The notes under the pieces were generated by a model. That model saw nothing but the letters and a program-made list of their open reading frames with translations. It made no database searches and was not told where the DNA came from. Source: an uncultured Candidatus Saccharibacteria bacterium (GTDB taxonomy: Bacteria; Patescibacteriota; Minisyncoccia; Phycocordibacterales; UBA6065). From it: a stretch of 64,000 bases of DNA. Location: the NCBI GenBank assembly GCA_964495425.1, contig CAZBVG010000002.1:14570-78569 (forward strand), read 5' to 3'. A program made the translations under genes and the position numbers. Of this stretch, positions 38,231 to 47,608 are shown in pieces (position 1 is the stretch's first letter; every line of letters starts with the position of its first letter).

Positions 38231-38434
38231 CTAGGCGGCCGCCGGAGTATTCCGTGCCGCGATGTGCAAGAGGTCAGCCTCGGCGATGTTGTGGGTTGTG
38301 AGGATGACGGTGAGCCTCGAACGTTCTGCTGCCGTTGCTGCCATATCCTTACCAACAATTGCAGCATACTCGAGTGCTGCCGCAATGACTTCAGGCTCGC
38401 AAGCCCGTGTTTCCTTGATTGAATGGAGCTTCAT
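38231..38434 (-). pseudogene. GC-rich gene fragment; the peptide resembles the H-loop region of an ABC-type ATPase
   Basis: RLTVILTTHNIAEADLL resembles the TVllvTHdleEA region. It is a 67-aa isolated ORF in a GC-rich patch with overlapping ORFs on both strands. Confidence 0.3.
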
Positions 38435-38450
38435 GCAATGGGAGTAACTA

Positions 38451-39096
38451 GGGTTAAGACTCTGCGATGAATACTACCCTAGCAATGAATTATGGCAAGG
38501 ACTACTACCCTATATCTGACCCAAGGCAAAGTAGGGTAGGGTCTACCCTGTTGGGAAGAGTTTGAAATCCGGGGAGGTGGCAAAAACTGAATGTAATTTA
38601 AGAAAAAAATATTTAATTTTTTTTTGGAAATTCACGAGGGAAGAGAAGTAATATATTTTTTAGAAAAAAATTTAAATAATTTATGTAGACGAATTGAACT
38701 ATTACCAGTTCCTTGGCCTAGGGAGTATTATAAGGTAGTGTCGCACAATATATCTTTCCGGTAATTAGTCTCTAGGGGCCAGGGGTCTATATAGGTCTTT
38801 AGGCTTGTTCGCTCTTTTACAACATCCGTCTTCCCTAATACATATTCCTGTTAAGAAAATATTTTTAAATCGTGAATATTTTTTTAATATCTGTCTCCTC
38901 TTTTGATCTGCATGCTTCAAGAAAATTTTGTTTTTGTTTACATATACTCTGTTTTATATGAAATGTGCCTAAAAGCACCTAATCCAAGCCTTTGTTAAGC
39001 GGCCCCATAAAACGAGCCTCTAAAATGCCCTATAAGCTGCCTTTTATTCGAGGCTTATACTTTTTATCGATTGAATTACCCCTTTGCATTAAAAAA
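38451..39096. other. about 650-bp gene-free region with CTACCCTA / TAGGGTAG direct and inverted repeats followed by an AT-rich tract
   Basis: ACTACCCTAG 38483, ACTACCCTATA 38505 and palindrome AGGGTAGGGTCTACCCT at 38530. A long A/T run lies at 38590-38690. No ORF of 60 aa or more on either strand. Confidence 0.4.
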
Positions 39097-39128
39097 TCAC
39101 ATGAGGGGAGTCTCGTGTGATTTTTTTT
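39091..39128 (-). terminator. rho-independent terminator of the 39134-39451 gene
   Basis: AAAAAATCACATGAGGggagtCTCGTGTGATTTTTTTT. Confidence 0.65.
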
Positions 39129-39133
39129 GTAGT

Positions 39134-39451
39134 TTACTGGCCGAGTGGTCGATATGGACTGTTTGTTGTGTCGACGAATCGTTGAGTTGCATCCTGTAGT
39201 TCGGTTGGCGCTCCTGCATCTGCGCGTTCAAGATTGTGGATGAACGCTTGCCACAAAATTCCCAAAAAAATATTATTCCAAAGATAAGAAAACGGCGCTT
39301 GTAAGTAATTATTCCAGACATATGTTACGCCGCTCCATGCGTATGTGAGATTATTTTGTGTTGTGGGGTCTTCGATGATCGCTTTTAAGTCGTATCCAAA
39401 GAAACTTACTACAATGATCAATATAAGTGCAAGGATGATGTATTTAATCAT
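39134..39451 (-). CDS. hypothetical Trp-rich membrane protein
   Basis: 105 aa with an N-terminal TM helix. Confidence 0.4.
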   Translation of the reverse strand: MIKYIILALILIIVVSFFGYDLKAIIEDPTTQNNLTYAWSGVTYVWNNYLQAPFSYLWNNIFLGILWQAFIHNLERADAGAPTELQDATQRFVDTTNSPYRPLGQ

Positions 39452-39472
39452 ACTAAAACTATATCAGGTAAC

Positions 39473-40774
39473 CTAGATCTTCGGAAGATATGCTGAAGGA
39501 TCAAGGTAAGCGCTTGTTGGTGCAGCTACGGTCTTTATACCCGCGCATTTTGATGACCCAAGTGATGATGAATCAACGATTTTGACCCCGGCTGAAGCAT
39601 ATACGCCGAAATGAAGATGAGGACCAGTCGCGTATCCTGTATTTCCGCTGTATCCGATAGTGTCACCAGTTAATACGGTGTCTCCTGGATTTACGGTTAC
39701 AAGAGAAAGATGTCCATAGATTGATGTAAGACCGTTTGGATGACGAATTAATACCCACTTACCATACTGACAACCTGTTTTAATTCGAACACCTTCGGTA
39801 TCGATAACGGTTCCAGAAAGTGCGGCCATGACTTTTGTACCATTTGAGGCTCTGAGATCGATTCCACCGTGAGTTCCGGATGTGTAGAGTCGTTGTGCAG
39901 CAACTGTTTTACCGAAAAATTGTGTGACCGAGACACTTTCAAGTGGCCACATGAGAACACCAGATCGAGCATTAGGGATTGAGTTTGGATCAATCGCTAT
40001 CTTGAGTTGAGATTCGTATTCAAACAATTTCTTTTCGAATGCTTCCCTTTCCTTTATTGCTGTAGCGAGGAGGTTTTTGTAGGTTGATTCCTTGTTCTGT
40101 GTATCTTTAAGGAGTTTATCTTTTTCTTCCTTGTTCGCTTGGACAACTTTAGTTTGATCAGAAAGTGCTATTTTATATGATTCAAGCTTTGATTTTTCGC
40201 CCTGAGCCTCATCTCGCTTTAGGCCCAAAATCTTGCGCAAGTCCTGAAGATCTGAGAGCTCATTTTTGATGCGCCCTTCGAATGTCTTGAGTGCGTTAAT
40301 GTAATCCCAGGTCTCAGACATGCTTTTGTTTTTCAAAAGTTCTTCAATAGCAGATTCTGATTCGGCCATATTCATGTTACGGATATTTACCGCAACCGCT
40401 TTTGAGGTTGAAGCAATTTTCTTTTCTGTGACGTTAATATCATCACTTAATTCCTCGAGTGTAAGTGCAGTCTTGGAGATCTGAGTTGTAGTGAGCTTGA
40501 GATTTGCTTCAAGCTTCTTTTGTGTAAGTTCAAGACTAGAAAGTGCGTTTTTGAGTGTCTGTGCCTCTTTGGAGGTAGTATTGAGAAGCGTTGAATACTG
40601 ATCAATTTGTTTTTGAATCTCTTCAATTTTTTGGTTGTTTTCAGCAATTTTTGATCGAATGTCATCAATATTTGCTGCATAACCTACACCGCCGCTAAAC
40701 GAAAAAGCGCCGGCTACAAGCACAGCGAATATGCCGATGATCGCTATTCGGTTGTGGTTACTTTTGATTTGCAT
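39473..40774 (-). CDS. M23 family peptidoglycan metalloendopeptidase with a long N-terminal coiled coil (EnvC-like)
   Basis: C-terminal GIDLRASNGTKV...HLHFGVY M23 motifs, N-terminal TM helix and about 250 aa of coiled coil. Confidence 0.8.
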   Translation of the reverse strand: MQIKSNHNRIAIIGIFAVLVAGAFSFSGGVGYAANIDDIRSKIAENNQKIEEIQKQIDQYSTLLNTTSKEAQTLKNALSSLELTQKKLEANLKLTTTQISKTALTLEELSDDINVTEKKIASTSKAVAVNIRNMNMAESESAIEELLKNKSMSETWDYINALKTFEGRIKNELSDLQDLRKILGLKRDEAQGEKSKLESYKIALSDQTKVVQANKEEKDKLLKDTQNKESTYKNLLATAIKEREAFEKKLFEYESQLKIAIDPNSIPNARSGVLMWPLESVSVTQFFGKTVAAQRLYTSGTHGGIDLRASNGTKVMAALSGTVIDTEGVRIKTGCQYGKWVLIRHPNGLTSIYGHLSLVTVNPGDTVLTGDTIGYSGNTGYATGPHLHFGVYASAGVKIVDSSSLGSSKCAGIKTVAAPTSAYLDPSAYLPKI

Positions 40775-42263
40775 CGGTGCACTTCTTTAGAGCCGCATCG
40801 ATTCGTGTGAGAGTTTTTTCTTTTCCTAAAATGTAAGCAAGCGTGAATGGGTTTGGAGACTTTTCCTTTCCTGACAATGCGTATCTCAGTGGCCACAAAA
40901 CTTGTCCGCGTCCCTCAGCTTCTGCATATGGCCAGAGAGTGTTTTTAATATCATCTTCAGTCCACTTTTTCTCCGACAAAGCTGTAAGTGTTGTTTGTAT
41001 AAACGAGAGATGTTTCTGTGCCGATACAAGGTCTTCTTCCCCTTTCCATCGCAACGAAAGAGCGTCGTATTCTGGTTCACTGAAATAGTAGTCGAGATCT
41101 CGTTCAATCACCATTTGATCAATATCAGAATATATTTCAATTCGCTCGAGTAGAACAGGAGCAATTTTTTTAAGAACCTCATCAGAAAGATTCCATCCGA
41201 GGTCTCTGACGCGTTCGATTGATGCGAGGCGCTCGCGAAGGATCTGTACAAATTCCTCTTTAGAAAGGGCTTTGATGTATTCCTTATTCATCCAACGTAG
41301 CTTGTCTTCATTAAAGACTCCACCTGCCTTGTGGATTCGTGAAATATCGAATGCCGCAATGAGTTCTTTGAGTGAAAATATTTCTTGTTCAGTACCAGGA
41401 TTCCAGCCGATGAGTGCAAGGAAGTTAACCATTGCTTGCGGCAAGAAGCCCTCTTTCTTGTATTCAAGAATGTCTTTCGCACCGTCTCTTTTACCGAGCT
41501 TTTTAATTTTGTCGCTTCGAAGTATTGGCGGAAGTGTTACAAATACTGGTGGTTCAATACCAAGTCCTTCATACAGCGAAAGGAATTTTGGGGTGCTCGA
41601 TATGAATTCATCGGCACGCATGATGTGTGTTACACCCATGACAAAGTCATCAACAATATGTGCGAAGTTATATGTAGGAAAACCGTCCTTCTTGATGAGA
41701 ATAAAGTCGTCGAGCGCTTCTTCACCTGCCTCGAGAGGGCCTCGAACGGCATCATGCCATTTCATGCGCTTTATGGTTGGAGTCTTAAATCGCAAGGCTT
41801 TTGTACCATCCCATTTCTCAAATGTAGTTGGTCGATGAAGTCGATATAAGAATGGTCGCTTTTCTTCTTCAGCCTTTTTTCGGAATGCTTCGAGTTCTTC
41901 TGCGGTGTATGGATCAGGATATGCAAGACCTTTTTCAATCAATTTCTTGGCAAATTGATGATAGGTTTCTAGTCGTTCAGATTGGATGCATGAACCAAAA
42001 GGACCAGGTTTGTCTGGACCATAATCCCAGTCAATCGAGAACCATTTGAGTGATTCCTGGATGTGTTCAACCGAGCCTTCAACCTTTCGATCGGTATCGG
42101 TATCTTCAATTCGCAAAATAAACGTACCGTTATTCTTTTTTGCCCACAAATATGCAAAAAGCGCTGTTCGGACGCTACCTATATGCATAAAACCGGTCGG
42201 GCTTGGGGCAAACCGTGTTACTACCTTGGGTTTGGAAAATAGAGCCTTAATATTGGCTAACAT
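40758..42263 (-). CDS. gltX: glutamate--tRNA ligase
   Basis: TRFAPSPTGFMHIGSVRTALF HIGH region and KLGKRDG KMSKS variant. Confidence 0.85.
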   Translation of the reverse strand: MLANIKALFSKPKVVTRFAPSPTGFMHIGSVRTALFAYLWAKKNNGTFILRIEDTDTDRKVEGSVEHIQESLKWFSIDWDYGPDKPGPFGSCIQSERLETYHQFAKKLIEKGLAYPDPYTAEELEAFRKKAEEEKRPFLYRLHRPTTFEKWDGTKALRFKTPTIKRMKWHDAVRGPLEAGEEALDDFILIKKDGFPTYNFAHIVDDFVMGVTHIMRADEFISSTPKFLSLYEGLGIEPPVFVTLPPILRSDKIKKLGKRDGAKDILEYKKEGFLPQAMVNFLALIGWNPGTEQEIFSLKELIAAFDISRIHKAGGVFNEDKLRWMNKEYIKALSKEEFVQILRERLASIERVRDLGWNLSDEVLKKIAPVLLERIEIYSDIDQMVIERDLDYYFSEPEYDALSLRWKGEEDLVSAQKHLSFIQTTLTALSEKKWTEDDIKNTLWPYAEAEGRGQVLWPLRYALSGKEKSPNPFTLAYILGKEKTLTRIDAALKKCTDANQK

Positions 42264-42342
42264 AGGAAAAGCATACCATTTTTAGGCTGTTTAGTGAATA
42301 TGTCTTCCCTATTACACGAGATAAAATCCGTCTAATAAACCC

Positions 42343-43467
42343 CTATGAATGAGAAAGGCCTAATTTAATGATTTCTCGAGCGATTTTGTCTGCTGCGTCC
42401 TTGTGGGCAAATGTTTCTGTGCTCTTTTTCATGGCCTCAGCTACACCTGGTTTTTCAACTATACGATCGATTTCTGAGGCAAGAACATGAGGAGTTAGAT
42501 TTCGTTCTTCAATCACAGAGCAAGAACCGGTAGCAGCGTAGGCAAAAGCATTTGAAGTTTGATCGTGACTTATATCTTCAGGAATTGGAATGATGATCGA
42601 TGGTACTTTCCAAAGCGCAATTTCAAATATGGTAGAGCCAGCGCGAGAAATAATTACAGAGGCTGTTCCGGCCGCCATACGTAGTGCGAGCGGATTAAGA
42701 TATGCGTACGGCATATATCTATGGCGATATTGGGTTTTACCCAAAATAACATCAGCCGTATTCGACATTTCATCAATATGATCCTTCCCTGTTTGATGAA
42801 TTATGTAATATTTCTTTGCGAGCTCAACTAGAACCTCCATAATGCTCTCGTTTATTCTTTGAGAACCTTGTGAACCACCAAGAACAAGAATCGTCGGTAC
42901 GGGATCCTCTAGTTTTAAATATTCTTTCGCGCCCTCATGTATCGCTTCGCCTATTTCTTTTCTGATTGGATTACCAGTGAATGCAACTCGCTCTGTTGGA
43001 AAGTATTTTGCTGCTGCTTGATACGAAACAGCAATTCGTCGTGCGAATTTTCCCGCCCAGAGATTTACTCTGCCTGGATGTGAATCTGATTCATGAATGA
43101 TAACAGGTATACCAAGAATTTTTGCGGCAAAAAGTACAGGAAAACTGACGTATCCGCCTTTACCAAAAACAACATCTGGATAAATGCGCCACACGCTTAA
43201 AATTGCACTTATGACACCGATGCCCGTCTTGAATAGATCGGTAACATTTTTCAATGAAAAATAGCGACGGATCTTGCCTGCGTAAGATTGTTCAAAAATA
43301 ATGCTGTTATCAAACAGAGCGCGCTTGTCGTACTGAGTTGGCGCCATGTAATACAGTGTTGGATCGAGCAGTCGTTCTTCTTTTGCGATCGCTCGAATTG
43401 ATTGTGCAACAGCAATGATTGGGTAAAAGTGTCCGCCTGAACCACCGCCTGTAAGTATGATTTTCAT
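42343..43467 (-). CDS. murG: undecaprenyldiphospho-muramoylpentapeptide beta-N-acetylglucosaminyltransferase (MurG)
   Basis: MKIILTGGGSGGHFYP N-terminal glycine-rich loop. Confidence 0.85.
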   Translation of the reverse strand: MKIILTGGGSGGHFYPIIAVAQSIRAIAKEERLLDPTLYYMAPTQYDKRALFDNSIIFEQSYAGKIRRYFSLKNVTDLFKTGIGVISAILSVWRIYPDVVFGKGGYVSFPVLFAAKILGIPVIIHESDSHPGRVNLWAGKFARRIAVSYQAAAKYFPTERVAFTGNPIRKEIGEAIHEGAKEYLKLEDPVPTILVLGGSQGSQRINESIMEVLVELAKKYYIIHQTGKDHIDEMSNTADVILGKTQYRHRYMPYAYLNPLALRMAAGTASVIISRAGSTIFEIALWKVPSIIIPIPEDISHDQTSNAFAYAATGSCSVIEERNLTPHVLASEIDRIVEKPGVAEAMKKSTETFAHKDAADKIAREIIKLGLSHS

Positions 43468-43506
43468 AATATGAGATGAGTCTATTGTAGCAGAAAAAAT
43501 ATGAGG

Positions 43507-44619
43507 CTACACAACGTTATTGTTGAGTTTTGCATAGCGAGAGATGTTGAGGAGTATTCCAGACTCAGCAAGCACAAAGAGAAGCGCGGTACCTCCCTGT
43601 GACACGAAAAGAAGTGGAATTCCTGAAAGCGGTAGCACACCAACCATGGCACCAATGTTAATAAACGATTGAACCATGATAAATGTAATGATTCCGACCG
43701 CGAGGAGACCACCAAACGTGTGATTAGCCGCGCGAGCTATCTTGAGGCTACGCATTGCAAAGAATACATACAGCAAGACGAGCGCCATGCTGCCGAAAAA
43801 ACCGAATTCTTCTGCTGCGACAGCAAAAATTGAATCGCCGACAGGTTCGGGCAGATAATTAAATTTTTGAATGCTTTGACCGAAACCTCGGCCGGTAAAT
43901 CCGCCGGAGCCGATGGCAATAAGCGATTGTTGAATTTGATAACCAGATCCTTGGCTTTGTGCAGAAGGATTAATGAATGTTTGAATTCTCGACATGATGT
44001 ACGGTCGTGTGAAAGCAAGAATGGTGAGACCGAGAAGTGCAATAAGCACCAAGGAACCAATATGTCGCCACTTCCCTCCTCCGGCTAGATACATTGCCAT
44101 GAGCGCAGATGAAATAACCACGAGTGTGTCTGTATCAGGCTGCATGAGACACAGTCCCGCAACCACGCTCAGCATAATAATGAGCGGTAAAAATCCGTGT
44201 CTGAAGTCATTTATCTTTTCCTTTGCCATCGAAAGCCATGCGGCAAAATATATGACTGCAGCAATCTTCAATACCTCAGAAACTTGGAATGAAAATGTGC
44301 CAATGAGAAGCCATCGTGTTGCGCCGCCATGGGTAAGTCCAACTCCCGGAATGAAAATAATAAGGTTTAAGAGGATGGCAAAAACTAAAAACCAAAACGC
44401 TGCTCGTCGCCAATACAAATAATTAATATGTGCCACCACAAACAATGCTATGAGACCAGGTACAAGGCCAAAAAAGATTTGCTTGAAAGCGATTGAACTG
44501 AAATGGGTTGAGTCACGCGCCAAAAGTCCCAAGGAGGCAGACAAAAAGATGAGAAATCCCGCTCCAACAAGAAGCAGGACAGAAATGAGAAGCTGTCTGT
44601 CAATTTTCTGAGATCGCAT
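43507..44619 (-). CDS. ftsW: SEDS family peptidoglycan glycosyltransferase (FtsW/RodA)
   Basis: Ten TM helices with the SEDS pattern; directly upstream of murG. Confidence 0.8.
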   Translation of the reverse strand: MRSQKIDRQLLISVLLLVGAGFLIFLSASLGLLARDSTHFSSIAFKQIFFGLVPGLIALFVVAHINYLYWRRAAFWFLVFAILLNLIIFIPGVGLTHGGATRWLLIGTFSFQVSEVLKIAAVIYFAAWLSMAKEKINDFRHGFLPLIIMLSVVAGLCLMQPDTDTLVVISSALMAMYLAGGGKWRHIGSLVLIALLGLTILAFTRPYIMSRIQTFINPSAQSQGSGYQIQQSLIAIGSGGFTGRGFGQSIQKFNYLPEPVGDSIFAVAAEEFGFFGSMALVLLYVFFAMRSLKIARAANHTFGGLLAVGIITFIMVQSFINIGAMVGVLPLSGIPLLFVSQGGTALLFVLAESGILLNISRYAKLNNNVV

Positions 44620-44638
44620 TCTCTTATCTTACCAGAAA

Positions 44639-45601
44639 CTATCTTACGCTTACAGATGTTGAGGCAGAAGTTGATGCGGTTCCAAGGTATACGAGGGTTG
44701 CATCGACGAGTTTGCTGAGATCCTCAAACCTACCATCATAAGATGAGCCTAAGACAGAGATGATAATCGGATGATCGATACCTGCATTCCATGCAACAAC
44801 CACATTTCCACCTGAAAGATCCGTAAATCCGGTCTTTGATGCGAGAATATTCGGTATATGTGGAATTGCCTTATTGGTGTTCGTTGCCGTGTGGACCAGA
44901 AGTTTTGAATCAATGTTAATTGTATCGAAGGTTGTTGCCTCAAGCAGATGTGGATCCTTTTTTAGAATATAGTCGACTAGGATCGCCATGTCTTTTGCTG
45001 AGCCATATCCACCAGAAAGCGCTTCAGAGACATCAAGTCCTGATTGATTAAGAAAGTATGTCTCGGTAAGGCCAATTTCTCGTGCTTTGCGATTCATTTC
45101 ATCGATAAAGCGTAGTTCGGGCGATGTGTAGGTACTTGTGGCAATTTGGGAACCAGCAACAGATGCTACCGCGCGAATACCATCATTTGATGAGACGACG
45201 AGGCTGTAATCTATGAGCTTTCGAATGTTCCATTCTTCACTTACATATAACCCAGAATCACCTTCTTCTCGTAAATCATCAGGGGTAATTCTGACAAGCA
45301 TGTAATCTGGCACTATGGTAGATGCGGTAAGTGCAGACATGAGCTTGGTAAGTGAGGCAAGCGGCCACTGGAGCTCGGGATCCTTTTCGTAGAGTGCCCT
45401 ATCTTCTGCGGCGTCATAGACATAGGCTGCCTTTGCTTCAATTTCAACATCTGGAAAAAAAGCTACCTTTGATGTAGTTGCAATAACCGGCGCAATCTCT
45501 GTTTCTTGCTTCGGTGCTTCTGGAATAATCCACCACAAAAACAAGGCGATTCCAAGCGCCAAGAGAGTGAGCTCCCCATATGCAATGAATTTCGGTTTCA
45601 T
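44639..45601 (-). CDS. D-alanyl-D-alanine carboxypeptidase (S11 family, low-molecular-weight PBP)
   Basis: ASLTKLM SxxK motif and VVSSND SxN motif; N-terminal TM anchor. Confidence 0.65.
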   Translation of the reverse strand: MKPKFIAYGELTLLALGIALFLWWIIPEAPKQETEIAPVIATTSKVAFFPDVEIEAKAAYVYDAAEDRALYEKDPELQWPLASLTKLMSALTASTIVPDYMLVRITPDDLREEGDSGLYVSEEWNIRKLIDYSLVVSSNDGIRAVASVAGSQIATSTYTSPELRFIDEMNRKAREIGLTETYFLNQSGLDVSEALSGGYGSAKDMAILVDYILKKDPHLLEATTFDTINIDSKLLVHTATNTNKAIPHIPNILASKTGFTDLSGGNVVVAWNAGIDHPIIISVLGSSYDGRFEDLSKLVDATLVYLGTASTSASTSVSVR

Positions 45602-45605
45602 GATG

Positions 45606-46172
45606 TTATGCCTGAGGTGGTTTTGCCTCTTCTTCAGACTTAGCTGCCTCTTCAGCGCATGCTTTCAATTCTTCCTTTACCTTTGAATATTCAGGCAAAT
45701 CATCAATCTTTGCAATACCTAGATGAGCCAAAAGATCAATTGATGGCTTATACGAATATCCGCGCCCTGTTCCCTCTTTTTCTGAGACTCGCTCTATGAG
45801 CCCACGAATAAGGAGGTTGCGGAGAATGAATGAAGAATTTACACCTCGAATGTAGTCGATATCTGAGCGTTTAACAGGACTCTTGTACAAGATGATCGCA
45901 AGGGTTTCAAGGCCAGCTTTACCAAGGTCTCGCATGAGTTCTTCTTTGGTGAGTTTTTCAATGAGACTGCTTGTTTCAGGTGCTGTGCGCATTTCAAGTT
46001 CATCACCATTATGCATTACGCGCAGTCCCCGTTGTGCCAGGCTTTGTTCAAGGTCAGAAAGTGCCTTCTCAAGATCGTTAGCTGTGCACTCAAGCGCAGC
46101 TGCGATTTTTTTCTTTGACATAGGCTCACCCTTCCAAAAAAGGAGTGCTTCTAGCTTAGATTCGAGATTCAT
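45606..46172 (-). CDS. scpB: segregation and condensation protein B
   Basis: LEALLFWKGEPMSKKKIAAAL winged-helix start. Confidence 0.8.
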   Translation of the reverse strand: MNLESKLEALLFWKGEPMSKKKIAAALECTANDLEKALSDLEQSLAQRGLRVMHNGDELEMRTAPETSSLIEKLTKEELMRDLGKAGLETLAIILYKSPVKRSDIDYIRGVNSSFILRNLLIRGLIERVSEKEGTGRGYSYKPSIDLLAHLGIAKIDDLPEYSKVKEELKACAEEAAKSEEEAKPPQA

Positions 46173-46202
46173 ACGTGAAATTATAATCGGTTATAGCTCA
46201 TT

Positions 46203-46922
46203 TTAATAGCGTGGCACGCTTACATCAGCTCCAGTTTCCATGCTTATGTCATCGAAGTGTCTTTCCTGGGTGACGTTGATAACGCCCTGCTTAACAAGTT
46301 CTAGCATTGCAAGGAACGATACGATTACGTGTACTCTTTCCTTTTTACCGCCTGAAAACTCCCTAAAGCTCATGCGAAGATTGCTACTTATTCGTTCGGT
46401 GAGGTTTGAAATCATTTCTTCGAGGCTGATCACTTTATCAACCATAACTTTAGGCAAGAATTCTCTTTTTGGAAGACTTGCAAGTACCCTGCCGGCTGCA
46501 GCAAATATATTGGCAACAGTCATGTCTTTATCAGGTGAAAATACAGGATCGAGCTTTCTTTCACCACGTGCAAACATAAACTCTTTGCCGAACATAGGGC
46601 GAAGTTTCTGCGAGATATCTCTCATGCGTTCATAGATTTTGAGGCGGAGCTGAAGATCGTCTATAGATGCCTGTTCTTCGTTTGTGAGATTGAGTGTTGG
46701 AAGAAGAGACTTTGATTTAATAAGAAGCAGTGTTGAGGCGATCAAAATAAAGTGCGCGCTATCTGCCACAGGAAATTCACTGAGGTTTTTTACGTACGCG
46801 ATATAGTCATCAGCCACTTTGGCGAGTGATACATCATTAACAAAAAGCTTCCTCTTTTCAATAAGATCAAGGAGAAGATCAAGCGGCCCTTCAAAGTGTG
46901 TCTGCTTTACCGTAAACGACAT
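46203..46922 (-). CDS. scpA: segregation and condensation protein A (start taken at MSFTVKQTHFEGPLDLL)
   Basis: FEGPLDLLLDLIEKRKL ScpA signature; the ORF-track start at 47021 is probably too long. Confidence 0.8.
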   Translation of the reverse strand: MSFTVKQTHFEGPLDLLLDLIEKRKLFVNDVSLAKVADDYIAYVKNLSEFPVADSAHFILIASTLLLIKSKSLLPTLNLTNEEQASIDDLQLRLKIYERMRDISQKLRPMFGKEFMFARGERKLDPVFSPDKDMTVANIFAAAGRVLASLPKREFLPKVMVDKVISLEEMISNLTERISSNLRMSFREFSGGKKERVHVIVSFLAMLELVKQGVINVTQERHFDDISMETGADVSVPRY

Positions 46923-47234
46923 CAGAAAGATTATAACAAATAAAATAACCGCTCTCGTTTTGAGAAGCGGTTGGACGGATTCACACTCAGGTGAATCCGT
47001 GAAAACAGTCCTAACTAACAAAAGAACAAAAAACCTAAGAAAATGAAGTAACCGATAGCGTCGACTAATGTCGAATTTGTGTTACGGGAACGCTTAATTT
47101 GAGGCCACACAGTGGCTTGCAAAAGAGAATCTCTTCTGCCCAGATCTACTTCTTTTCGAAGTGCATGAGAGTGATCGAAATCCATCACCCTCATCAATAG
47201 TATATGATATTTATCTATTTTACGCAAGTGTTTT

Positions 47235-47262
47235 ACGACAAATAAAAAACGGCACTGAGCCG
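47235..47262 (-). terminator. rho-independent terminator of the 47268-47564 gene
   Basis: AAACGGCtcagtGCCGTTTTTTATTT on the minus strand. Confidence 0.65.
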
Positions 47263-47267
47263 TTTGA

Positions 47268-47564
47268 TTACTGAATTCGCCTGATGTAGTCGCGGATCGT
47301 TTCCCTCAAATAGTTGGTCGCCACTTCCCACTGAAGGCCGGGGACCGGTGCCCTCTGAGGGATCTCGGAGAGGCACAAGCCTTGGTCCGTGAGCTCTACT
47401 CGGAAAACAAATCTGTTCAGGGTTCTCTGACCAGTTTGATAGAAAATGGTCAGCGCCTTATCGTCCATCGAGGGAGAAATTTCGAATCCTTTGAAACTGG
47501 GTTCGGTTTGAATTGTCCGTTGGATAACCGCGAATATCTTTTTAAGAATTTCTTGGGGAGTCAT
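47268..47564 (-). CDS. hypothetical protein (GC-rich islet)
   Basis: 98-aa ORF with elevated GC, immediately downstream of the nucleotidyltransferase gene. Confidence 0.4.
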   Translation of the reverse strand: MTPQEILKKIFAVIQRTIQTEPSFKGFEISPSMDDKALTIFYQTGQRTLNRFVFRVELTDQGLCLSEIPQRAPVPGLQWEVATNYLRETIRDYIRRIQ

Positions 47565-47608
47565 AGGAGTAAAGGACTGTTGCTAAGCAAGATAGTACTG
47601 AAGAGTGC

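Noticed and set aside
21877-38434. Homology between the GC-rich peptides of 21877..22146 and 38231..38434.
   Set aside because: Only about 20-25% identity over 37 residues on manual alignment. The shared CTAGGCGGC ending is suggestive but insufficient.
38451-39096. Chromosomal oriC or dif site in the long non-coding tract.
   Set aside because: No TTATCCACA-like DnaA boxes and no convincing XerCD dif-like palindrome were seen. The origin-like reading rests only on the repeats plus the AT tract.
47015-47227. 70-aa ORF upstream of scpA.
   Set aside because: It requires a TTG start, has no motif, and overlaps the region with terminator-like hairpins, so it is more likely non-coding.
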